From: Candidatus Thorarchaeota archaeon
GTDB taxonomy: Archaea > Asgardarchaeota > Thorarchaeia > Thorarchaeales > Thorarchaeaceae
Assembly (NCBI GenBank): GCA_016840855.1
Contig: JAEORO010000134.1
Span: 1 to 43,661 of the forward strand
Reading direction: 5' to 3'
DNA length: 43,661 nt
The position numbers were made by a program, and so were the translations under genes. The notes beneath the pieces are model-generated. The model made no database searches. It worked only from the letters and a program-made list of their open reading frames with translations, and was not told the DNA's origin. Below, one piece after another: positions 19,038 to 26,744 of the stretch. The first letter of the stretch is position 1. Each line of letters starts with the position of its first letter.

Positions 19038-20396
19038 ATGCGCGCTACAAAAAGCAAAGTCATGACTCTATGGGTCGTGGTTTTAATAGCAATGCCATTC
19101 GTTCTCATTCCAAACGCCAATGCTTGGACTGCTGGTGATGAAGCAGCTGTTTTTGGCCACACCTTCGAGGAAGAGTATTGGACAAATGATTCAATCAGAA
19201 TCGAAGGGACGGATGGAACGAACTCAAGCTTCACAGCTTCATATGTGCATGTTGGAGAGTTCTCGTCTTTCTTAATCGCATTCAATAATGCAAACAAGAC
19301 TGACGGAACCAAGATGATACTGCCCTACCAATTGTTTGGTATGTATTTCAAAACTCCAGCTAATAGAGAAGTCTTCATTGGTGCAATTTTTGCATTTTTG
19401 CTTGCTCACAATGATACCTACAATCCTACCTATGATTTACCTGATGTGGGAAATGAACCCGCTTGGTATGTTGTACCTCTAGCCTCTGACAACACTTGGC
19501 CAGAGTATATCCCATCAGTTGTTCCAATCCCCGCGACAAAGGTAGGTGATAACCACTATCGTTTTGGAATGCATTATTACAATTTAACTTGTAGAGTAGT
19601 TGATGCCAACACACCTGGTGGTTTCTGGGCTTCGCTTATTCTACCTATTTTGAATGTTGTAATCAGTGAACTTACAATTCAATATGACATAACAATTGAT
19701 GAAACCGGTCAAGTACACGCTGAAACATTATATACACTTGGACAAGTGTTGAAACTCAAACTCTGGGGTGTGGAACTTCCACCAACAGATGTAATTGGTG
19801 ACTTGTTTGAAGTTTCAGCTGTTCACTATCTATCAATATTTACATCTCAATACACAGTCACTCGAGCAACCTCAGGTAACACTATTGATCCCCCAACATC
19901 AACTGAACTGCTTGATGAAGATATCAGCATCAAGGTTGGTGCCAATGAACGTGCTTTCGATATTGGACTTGGAAGGCAATATTCACTGATTAACGAAACC
20001 ACTGATCCTTGGACAACTGTTTCGAATGATGAGAATGCACTCAATTGCCTACTAGGAGCTCGACTAAGTGACCTGTTTCTAGTAGCTTGGCAAGCACCTC
20101 TCTCTGCATGGCTATTCGCCCACATGGCTTATGGCTTGTCAGAGAAACTAAGGTCAGATTACTCGACTGTTGGAGACATGGTTTCAGCAACAGTGGCGGG
20201 GACTGCATTCCATAATAGTGATTGGTGGTACGCCGTTACATTCCCCGAATGGGATGGTCTGCGAATCCAACAAGATCCTGTCTACACAGCTTATACCAAT
20301 TTGTACACGGAACCAAGTGATGCTGGTGGAGTCCTCGTCATAATACTTGTTGTTGGTGTTGTTGCTGTGGTATGGCTAGTCCGTCGACGCCGTTAA
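19038..20396 (+). CDS. Secreted, C-terminally membrane-anchored surface glycoprotein
   Basis: Signal peptide (ends about NANA), 6 valid sequons, C-terminal TM followed by RRRR. Confidence 0.85.
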   Translation: MRATKSKVMTLWVVVLIAMPFVLIPNANAWTAGDEAAVFGHTFEEEYWTNDSIRIEGTDGTNSSFTASYVHVGEFSSFLIAFNNANKTDGTKMILPYQLFGMYFKTPANREVFIGAIFAFLLAHNDTYNPTYDLPDVGNEPAWYVVPLASDNTWPEYIPSVVPIPATKVGDNHYRFGMHYYNLTCRVVDANTPGGFWASLILPILNVVISELTIQYDITIDETGQVHAETLYTLGQVLKLKLWGVELPPTDVIGDLFEVSAVHYLSIFTSQYTVTRATSGNTIDPPTSTELLDEDISIKVGANERAFDIGLGRQYSLINETTDPWTTVSNDENALNCLLGARLSDLFLVAWQAPLSAWLFAHMAYGLSEKLRSDYSTVGDMVSATVAGTAFHNSDWWYAVTFPEWDGLRIQQDPVYTAYTNLYTEPSDAGGVLVIILVVGVVAVVWLVRRRR

Positions 20397-20410
20397 TACA
20401 GTTCTAAAAT

Positions 20411-20454
20411 CCCTGGGTTTCAATAGTGGAACTCCAGGGTTCCTCTTTCTTTTC
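20411..20454 (+). terminator. Hairpin plus pyrimidine/T tract
   Basis: CCCTGG-GTTTCA-atag-TGGAAC-t-CCAGGG followed by TTCCTCTTTCTTTTC, 14 nt after the stop. Confidence 0.65.
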
Positions 20455-20507
20455 AAACATCGGGTAATTTAAGAGAAGCATAGACGACATAGCTCTAAGA
20501 GGACCTG

Positions 20508-22025
20508 ATGTTGCTGTACGAGAAACTCTGCAGATTTAGCGAACGAATCGTAGGGCGTACAGTTCAATCTACTCACGATAGGGAGCTTCAAAGAGCTGTC
20601 AAGTTTCTTGCTCCTTTAATGGATATTTCAGTCAAGGGCGTTAAAGCGGCTGCAAATCTCTTTTCAGTCCTCATTCTTGTTTCTGTGGTCTTTCTACTCA
20701 CCTATCTTGAGCTGAGCCTCATCATCGTTGCACCACTCGCAGGGATTGCCGGCGTAGTCACTTATTACATAATTGCCTCCTATCCCATATCTGTGATGAA
20801 TAGCTACAAACTTGGCCTATCCGAAGAAGCTGATTTGGTGTTTGAGCAGTTCATTCTCGTATTTCAATCAGGAGGAACCATCTTTGATGCAGTTGAGATG
20901 GTAGCTCAATCGAATCATCCTTACCTTTCATTAGCATTCAGAAAGCTGATTGGTGATATCAATGAAGGAATCCCTCCTGAAACCTGTTTGATGGAGTTTG
21001 CTAGAAACCAACCATCTGACGACCTTCGAAGATACTTTACGGCTATAGTTTCATCCTTGGAGAGGAAGACTGATTTGATAGACATGCTCTCTGGAGAGTC
21101 TTTCGAAGCTGACCTAGCTCTTCGCCAAAAAAATCTCGAATTGGAGAGTAGGCTGCTGATAGTAGCTGCTTTGGTTACATACCTACCCATAATGTTCACA
21201 CTAGCAGTTTCACTCGCAGGATTTGCTACAAGTATATTGCTAGTCCTTATTGCACCAATTTTCATTTTGATGAACGCCTTATTGAAGAGCAGATTTTCAA
21301 GACAATTCTCAGCCTATTTTGATAGACCGCGTGAAACCTCGATAATTGCTCCTTCACAGAATCAAATAATTTCCGAGTATGATGCTTTTCTAAATTTTCT
21401 AATCTTGCTCGGAGAACGTCTAAAATCAGGTGACAATCTAGAAGTATCTCTAGACTCAATTCGTGATGACTTAGAGCCTGAGGTACAGATACTTGTTGAT
21501 ATTGCGATTGACGCTATATATCACGAAAATGCTAGTATTGTCGAAGCCTTGGATCGCGCATCGAAATCAGCTCTGGGACAGAGAGTATCTCAAATGCTGA
21601 ATATGATTGCCATTATGTGCGAAACCTCTGCCCAAGCTGCTGGAGATAGAATATCAAGAATTGCAGCTCGTCTTGTTAAACGATCTGCTGTTGCAAAAGA
21701 AAGAGACTCCATCATTGCTGCTCAAAGAATGAAAGTATACTTACTAACTATTACAAGTGCTGCTGTATTAGGAATGCTTGCCTCACTCTCACCATTCCTC
21801 TTCATCGGCTCGCTTCTCTCCCAAGGTCCAACATGGACTCCTGGAAGTATAACAACTATTGACATCTTACCACTTCTTGTCACTCTCGGAATTACAACAT
21901 TGTCTACAGGATACCAAAATACTAAGATGGTTGGCGGGAATCGTCCGGTTCTAATAGGACTTGTGTGCGGATTACTGTTCTGGATAGCTTTTGGTCTATC
22001 ATCTATAATGATGGGTTTTGGATGA
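20508..22025 (+). CDS. Type II secretion F-family / type IV pilus platform protein (ArlJ/TadBC-like, two repeats)
   Basis: Two T2SSF-like units (QSGGTIFDAVEMVA...GIPPE; KSGDNLEVSL...ASIVEAL), each followed by TM pairs. Confidence 0.8.
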   Translation: MLLYEKLCRFSERIVGRTVQSTHDRELQRAVKFLAPLMDISVKGVKAAANLFSVLILVSVVFLLTYLELSLIIVAPLAGIAGVVTYYIIASYPISVMNSYKLGLSEEADLVFEQFILVFQSGGTIFDAVEMVAQSNHPYLSLAFRKLIGDINEGIPPETCLMEFARNQPSDDLRRYFTAIVSSLERKTDLIDMLSGESFEADLALRQKNLELESRLLIVAALVTYLPIMFTLAVSLAGFATSILLVLIAPIFILMNALLKSRFSRQFSAYFDRPRETSIIAPSQNQIISEYDAFLNFLILLGERLKSGDNLEVSLDSIRDDLEPEVQILVDIAIDAIYHENASIVEALDRASKSALGQRVSQMLNMIAIMCETSAQAAGDRISRIAARLVKRSAVAKERDSIIAAQRMKVYLLTITSAAVLGMLASLSPFLFIGSLLSQGPTWTPGSITTIDILPLLVTLGITTLSTGYQNTKMVGGNRPVLIGLVCGLLFWIAFGLSSIMMGFG

Positions 22026-22086
22026 TTTAGGAATAATTTATTTGCTCTGATGCTTATTGCCGACATAGTTAGGATGAGGTGAAATA

Positions 22087-22746
22087 ATGCTTCAAATCCC
22101 ATTTTTAGATTGGACCTTGGATGAAATCATGGCGTTCTTCAAGGATGATTGGATACTTGCCTGGGTACTCATACTTTCAGGTGGGCTCTTAGCAGTCTGG
22201 TTATTGGAGAACATCACTGATCCAATACCATTGTTAGGCACCATCTTCGACGGACTTGTTGCTGTAGGAACTTACATAGGATTCTTTGTCGGAATCTTAG
22301 ACATTTTCGTTGGATATGTAGTATGGTCGGATCCTGTACAGTCGAATGCAATTATTGTAGCTGGGATTTTAGTACTCATGGGCTTCTCACTAGTCATGAG
22401 AGTCTTATCGAAGTTCCCATTAGCCTTAGTATTTGCATTGGCTGTAGCAGTTTTCGGAGCGGCAACTATCTATTTCTTCTTGCTTCCCTATGCAGATCCA
22501 CTCATTCCTGTACTTGGAGACATTGCTGTTTGGTTAACATCGGGTAAAGGCTTGCTTGTAATCGGATTCATCATATTTTGCGTCGCATATGTAATTGGTG
22601 GACTGATAATCAAGCTTATCCAACTGATCGGGAAAATATTTGCATCACGTCCAGTGAGTGCTCTCGTGGGACTAGCAGCAATCGCAATTGGTGTGATTGT
22701 TATTCTCAACCCTGCATTAGTTGGACTTGTAGTACCTTGGCCATAA
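22087..22746 (+). CDS. Hydrophobic multi-pass membrane protein
   Basis: 219 aa, 6-7 TM, strong SD GAGGTGA. Confidence 0.85.
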   Translation: MLQIPFLDWTLDEIMAFFKDDWILAWVLILSGGLLAVWLLENITDPIPLLGTIFDGLVAVGTYIGFFVGILDIFVGYVVWSDPVQSNAIIVAGILVLMGFSLVMRVLSKFPLALVFALAVAVFGAATIYFFLLPYADPLIPVLGDIAVWLTSGKGLLVIGFIIFCVAYVIGGLIIKLIQLIGKIFASRPVSALVGLAAIAIGVIVILNPALVGLVVPWP

Positions 22747-22753
22747 TGAGTTC

Positions 22754-22786
22754 AGAGGGGTGCTTCACCCCTCTTCTCTTGTTTTT
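22754..22786 (+). terminator. GC hairpin plus T tract
   Basis: AGAGGGGTG-ctt-CACCCCTCT perfect 9-bp stem, then TCTCTTGTTTTT, between convergent genes. Confidence 0.7.
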
Positions 22787-22791
22787 CCAAT

Positions 22792-23172
22792 TCATTTTGG
22801 TTTCCTTATCTCTCTAAAATATAGGAATTTGAGATCCCTATCCGAATAGAACTTTGCCGCGGCATCAATTGCTTTCTTCGCTTTAACTATTCCATCATAC
22901 CATTCTGAAACATAGAATTTCTTGTCAGGATCGTGTTGAGTATTTGTAAGAGTGAAACCTTCAGGTAATTCAAATCCATCTGGAACAAGTAGTGCTACTC
23001 GAAACTGTGATAGACCACCTTTGGATTCCAACCAGAGTTCACAATATGTCATAAATGGTCTATTGAGGATTGTATTTCCGTCGATTAAGGTTTGCCTATG
23101 GGGACCAATAAAAGTGCCCAAAGGGTTCTTATAGTAGCATTGCATCACTTCTAGTAGTGTATATTTGTTCAT
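22792..23172 (-). CDS. Hypothetical protein
   Basis: ORF 22792-23217. Start shortened to ATG 23172 (or 23145) to avoid overlapping the divergent gene; start uncertain. Confidence 0.7.
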   Translation of the reverse strand: MNKYTLLEVMQCYYKNPLGTFIGPHRQTLIDGNTILNRPFMTYCELWLESKGGLSQFRVALLVPDGFELPEGFTLTNTQHDPDKKFYVSEWYDGIVKAKKAIDAAAKFYSDRDLKFLYFREIRKPK

Positions 23173-23210
23173 AGGAGAAAGAACAGGGTTTACGATAGGA
23201 GGCATCGTGT

Positions 23211-23753
23211 ATGTCATCAGATGATTCTGACAAGAAAAAGATCATCAGTGTCACGATGAGTCAATCATTGGTCAACCGGATTGATGATCTTGTACAAGAG
23301 AGGGTAGGTCGTTCTCGAGCCCAGCTGATAGAGGATGCAGTAAGATGGTTCTTAGACTTCACAGTCCACAAATGGAATGAACGCGGTGTTTATGTCAGCT
23401 CATTTAGAGCTGTCTTCGAGTCTGAAACATTATCATCATTGTTCTTCTCTAAATTTACACCTACCGACCAGTATGAACTTGGAGAAACTGCAGGGAGTCA
23501 ATCACCAATTGCAGATGTTGTACGTCTATTCTATGGCGGCGACCCAACACACAAGGAGAGTCGCGAGCTCGTTCTCAAACTTCTTCAAGAGAATGGATGG
23601 GGTTCCATTTCTCTTAATGATGATCTAATTGTTATTGGAAGCCCATTTTATCCAGCTCCCTTTATTCGAGGGTATCTTGAATCTTTACTCAAAGTGAAAC
23701 TAGATGTGGTAGAAACTACATCTAAGGAGAATGTAGCTTTACGAATCAAATAA
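23211..23753 (+). CDS. CopG/RHH DNA-binding domain fused to V4R-like domain
   Basis: IISVTMSQSLVNRIDDLV...SRAQLIEDAV (RHH); YELGETAG...GWG...FIRGYLESLL (V4R-like); SD GGAGG 23198-23202. Confidence 0.78.
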   Translation: MSSDDSDKKKIISVTMSQSLVNRIDDLVQERVGRSRAQLIEDAVRWFLDFTVHKWNERGVYVSSFRAVFESETLSSLFFSKFTPTDQYELGETAGSQSPIADVVRLFYGGDPTHKESRELVLKLLQENGWGSISLNDDLIVIGSPFYPAPFIRGYLESLLKVKLDVVETTSKENVALRIK

Positions 23754-23801
23754 AGATGAAACTAATCGACCACAAATATCTATATCACGGAAGGAGTGAA
23801 T

Positions 23802-24227
23802 CTACCATTCTTGGCCAATCTCAAGTATCTCAAATTCACTCTCGTATAGACCTGGAATACTCTCAATGGTCGTTCTAATCGTTGCTTGTTTTTCCTTGAT
23901 GGCATCTGCTGAAAAATAGACTTCATAGATGCAACGATTCTGTTCAAAGCAGAAACCTGTAGTGAATAAGACCTTGAGATCATGCTGCTTGAAAAGCTGA
24001 GTCATCGTCTGCATTAACGCAGGATTGACTTTCTCGACTTCAAGCCTTACACGAGCTCCACCTTCTTTGGTCATAGGGATGAGACGAATTTCCCCTGACC
24101 TCTCGAAGTAGATTACCATCGCCGCCTTCATATCTTGTAGTTCTGGATTTTTGAAGAAGTCTTCTGGAAGGCGAATCTCCCTCTTATTATGAACGTCCGC
24201 AATCATTCCCTTTGTAATACCGGCCAA
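23802..24227 (-). CDS. AbrB-like N-terminus plus ACT-like domain protein
   Basis: VHNKREIRLPEDF (AbrB-like); PALMQTMTQLFKQHDLKVLFTTGFC...IESIPGL (ACT-like); TTG start with SD GAGGCGA. Confidence 0.6.
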   Translation of the reverse strand: MAGITKGMIADVHNKREIRLPEDFFKNPELQDMKAAMVIYFERSGEIRLIPMTKEGGARVRLEVEKVNPALMQTMTQLFKQHDLKVLFTTGFCFEQNRCIYEVYFSADAIKEKQATIRTTIESIPGLYESEFEILEIGQEW

Positions 24228-24279
24228 GCATATCGCCTCTTACCTATGGTACTGCTTGAAGGTTTTATCTGTATTTGAG

Positions 24280-24302
24280 TCTTTAGCGAGTGTCGCTAAA
24301 GA
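24280..24302. promoter_or_regulatory. Perfect inverted repeat, candidate operator
   Basis: TCTTTAGCGA-gtg-TCGCTAAAGA in a divergent intergenic region. A second palindrome, TACACGTGTA, lies at 24320-24329. Confidence 0.6.
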
Positions 24303-24419
24303 GTAATCTCGTAAAAGCGTACACGTGTAGAGGCTTTCAAATCATTAAAAATATTGTCAGAAAGCCATAAATTGTACTGTTTCACGAATTTTCGAGTTAA
24401 TATTGGAGGAACTCACAAA

Positions 24420-24542
24420 ATGGCAAAAGAAGGCGGAATCTATGTTTGTGATGTGTGTCAACAGGTTGTCTTGGTTCAGAAGTCTGGAGTAGGAACTCTA
24501 GTTTGCTGCAACCAACCTATGCGACTTTATGAGGACGATTAG
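24420..24542 (+). CDS. Desulforedoxin-type FeS4 protein (40 aa)
   Basis: MAKEGGIYVCDVCQQVVLVQKSGVGTLVCCNQPM: CxxC...CC..PM signature. SD GGAGG at 24405-24409 supports ATG 24420. Confidence 0.9.
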   Translation: MAKEGGIYVCDVCQQVVLVQKSGVGTLVCCNQPMRLYEDD

Positions 24543-24629
24543 ACTTAGCTGGTATTTCGGACTCTTCATATTTTATTTCAAGAAATGGAAATGAACCATT
24601 TTCTGTGAATAGATATGTTATTTTCACAC

Positions 24630-24645
24630 TTGACAATGTTTATAT
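24630..24645 (+). promoter_or_regulatory. Candidate BRE-TATA promoter of rpo5 copy 1
   Basis: TTGACAATGTTTATAT, containing TTTATA; 15/16 identical to 25281-25296. Confidence 0.6.
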
Positions 24646-24687
24646 TGCCTCTAGAGGGGCGAAGCCAACGCTTCTTGGGGTGTATTA

Positions 24688-25251
24688 GTGATGATAGAGC
24701 TGCCCAGTAATGTAATCAGGACAAGAAGTCTTCTTAATTTGAGGTCTTTTTCAGTCAACGAAGTTTTTGAATACGATGACAGATATGTAATGTACCCCAC
24801 AAGAGAATTTCAAGGAGTAGTCCAAAAATACGTTATCTGGATACTTAAAGATTCTAAAGTAATTGGAGTCGCCTCTATAAAGGATCTTGCTCGTGAAATG
24901 GAAGAAACTGAATCTCAACGAGGGATGCTCGTTGGTGGACTCAGGTTCACTCCTGCTGCAAAGAAGATGGCTAAGATATCCCGGGTTGAACTGGTTGATG
25001 GTGGATATGCTTCATTCGAACTCTTTGAACATGAATTAGTGCCGACACATATCATCGCAAAAGATGAAGAACTGAAACTTGTTCTGAATTATTATGGTAT
25101 CAAAAAGAATCAACTTCCTAGAATTCATCGAGACGACCCCGCTGTCAAAGTACTAGGTGCACGACCTGGGCAGGTTATTCGGATTGAACGTAACAGTCCT
25201 ACAGCTGGTCAGAGCTTTTACTATCGTCTAGTAGTTGACTCAACAAGTTAG
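24688..25251 (+). CDS. rpo5: RNA polymerase subunit Rpo5/RPB5, long form with N-terminal jaw domain, copy 1
   Basis: C-terminal HELVPTH, QLPRI..DP, GARPGQVIRI.R.SPTAG..YYRLV; about 105-aa N-terminal domain. Confidence 0.92.
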   Translation: MMIELPSNVIRTRSLLNLRSFSVNEVFEYDDRYVMYPTREFQGVVQKYVIWILKDSKVIGVASIKDLAREMEETESQRGMLVGGLRFTPAAKKMAKISRVELVDGGYASFELFEHELVPTHIIAKDEELKLVLNYYGIKKNQLPRIHRDDPAVKVLGARPGQVIRIERNSPTAGQSFYYRLVVDSTS

Positions 25252-25280
25252 TCTTTATTGCATATCAAAAATTCAATTCT

Positions 25281-25296
25281 TTGATAATGTTTATAT
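25281..25296 (+). promoter_or_regulatory. Candidate BRE-TATA promoter of rpo5 copy 2
   Basis: TTGATAATGTTTATAT, near-identical to the element upstream of copy 1. Confidence 0.6.
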
Positions 25297-25326
25297 CAAA
25301 GGCTTTGAAACTGGTCATCATCACGG

Positions 25327-25902
25327 GTGTTTTCTAAATTGCCAAATCTGCCTGAAATACCAGCTATTGTAATGAAGACCAGAGCACTACTCGCACTCAG
25401 AGGTTTTACAACTACCGAGCTTCTTGAGTATGATGATCGGTACGTACTACATCCATCAAAACTGGTGAAGGACGTCTTGCGAAAGTATGTTGTCTGGATT
25501 TTAAAGGAAGAGAAGGTTATCGGTGTCGCATTAGTGAGAGAGGTCGTCAAGGAGATGGAAGAAACTGGGTCTCAACGAGGTATGCTTGTTGGTGGGTCTC
25601 GGTTTACTCCTGCATCCAACAAGTATGCGAAAGTTTCCAAGGTTGAACTTGTGGAAGGTCATTATGCTTCATTTGACCTTTTTGGACATGAAATAGTACC
25701 ACCTCATGTTATAGCTGAAGAAGCAGAAATTCAATTGGTTCTTGAGCACTATGGCATCAAGAAAACCCATTTACCAAGAATTCAAAGCAGAGACCCAGCA
25801 GCCCGTGTCTTGGGTGCTCGCCCTGGTCAAGTGATTCGCGTGGAGCGGTTGAGCCCTACCGCCGGACTATCATATTATTATCGATTGGTTGTCGACTCTT
25901 AA
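25327..25902 (+). CDS. rpo5: RNA polymerase subunit Rpo5/RPB5, long form, copy 2
   Basis: HEIVPPH, LPRIQSRDP, GARPGQVIRV.R.SPTAG..YYRLV; aligns without gaps to copy 1. Start could be TTG 25339. Confidence 0.92.
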   Translation: MFSKLPNLPEIPAIVMKTRALLALRGFTTTELLEYDDRYVLHPSKLVKDVLRKYVVWILKEEKVIGVALVREVVKEMEETGSQRGMLVGGSRFTPASNKYAKVSKVELVEGHYASFDLFGHEIVPPHVIAEEAEIQLVLEHYGIKKTHLPRIQSRDPAARVLGARPGQVIRVERLSPTAGLSYYYRLVVDS

Positions 25903-25904
25903 TT

Positions 25905-26681
25905 TTAGATTGCTATTAGTCCCATCCAAAATGCAGCTAGAAATATTATCATACAAGTAATCAGGGGCAGTGTGATATTATCAGTACCTTTTGGACTCAC
26001 AAATTCCACTGTTGTTGCAGAAATTGCTCCGACCAATGCTAGCACAATCATTTCAAACCAGAGAACATTTCCTCCTACAATGAATACAGGGCTAGCCAAA
26101 CTAAATATTCCGAACCACCAGAACGCCAGAAGAGAACCAAAGAATCCGAATATGAAAACTGCAAGTGTACCTGGTACACTCCGGTTTGATCCAAAGATGA
26201 CTCTAGTTGTGGTGCGACCATATCTCATACCAATTGGAGCACTCATTCCATCACCAAACATCATAATGTGAATTGCAGCTGCTGGAATGAAATAGAGTTC
26301 TTGATACCCAGTAAAGGTGAATATTCCAGTGAGTAGTGTTATTGAAACCGCATACCAGAATGGTCCTCTAACACTATTATGTTCTAAATCCTCAGGTCGA
26401 GCCATCGCAGCAAAAAATCCACTAAATCTTTCAGTATTTGCAAGAGCAAGCATGATAACAAACGTTAACGCGACAAGGGTAGCTACCCAAGGGTGAGGAT
26501 AATAAGGCACAGTCCAGATTGCAGCTCCAGCAAAGAGATGCACAATTCGTCTTGTTGTTTCTGAACCAAGATTGCGCCTCTTTCTTGTTATATCTGCTAT
26601 TGTTAGAATTATTACAGCATAGAACACGGCGATGAAGTAAACAACAATATCCTCAAGTACAATCGAGAACTCCACTTGCAT
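25905..26681 (-). CDS. SEC59/DGK1/VTE5-family polyprenol (dolichol/phytol) kinase
   Basis: RRIVHL, GDGMSAPIGMRYG, RSVPG, DNITLP; multi-TM. Confidence 0.85.
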   Translation of the reverse strand: MQVEFSIVLEDIVVYFIAVFYAVIILTIADITRKRRNLGSETTRRIVHLFAGAAIWTVPYYPHPWVATLVALTFVIMLALANTERFSGFFAAMARPEDLEHNSVRGPFWYAVSITLLTGIFTFTGYQELYFIPAAAIHIMMFGDGMSAPIGMRYGRTTTRVIFGSNRSVPGTLAVFIFGFFGSLLAFWWFGIFSLASPVFIVGGNVLWFEMIVLALVGAISATTVEFVSPKGTDNITLPLITCMIIFLAAFWMGLIAI

Positions 26682-26744
26682 GACAGTTCCACTCTCTGAA
26701 GAATCGAACTAAACGAGTGAATATATCTATCGGCAGGTTACAAC

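Noticed and set aside
22087-22746. Internal repeat in the membrane protein (DPIPLLG vs DPLIPVLG)
   Set aside because: Similarity is short and within low-complexity hydrophobic sequence; cannot be supported by eye.
22745-22790. SECIS element (ATGA before a hairpin)
   Set aside because: No matching GA quartet on the 3' arm, and no in-frame TGA at a Cys-equivalent position in adjacent genes; better explained as a terminator.
24630-24635. Bacterial -35 box TTGACA
   Set aside because: No -10 element at 17-bp spacing; it lies immediately upstream of an archaeal TATA box and the paralogous element reads TTGATA.
24688-25902. RPB5 duplication as an assembly artefact, or as Mrr-type restriction endonucleases
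   Set aside because: The copies differ at about a third of residues, so this is not an artefactual repeat. The N-domain shares the restriction-like fold of the RPB5 jaw, but no PD-(D/E)xK catalytic motif is evident and the C-domain is clearly Rpo5.
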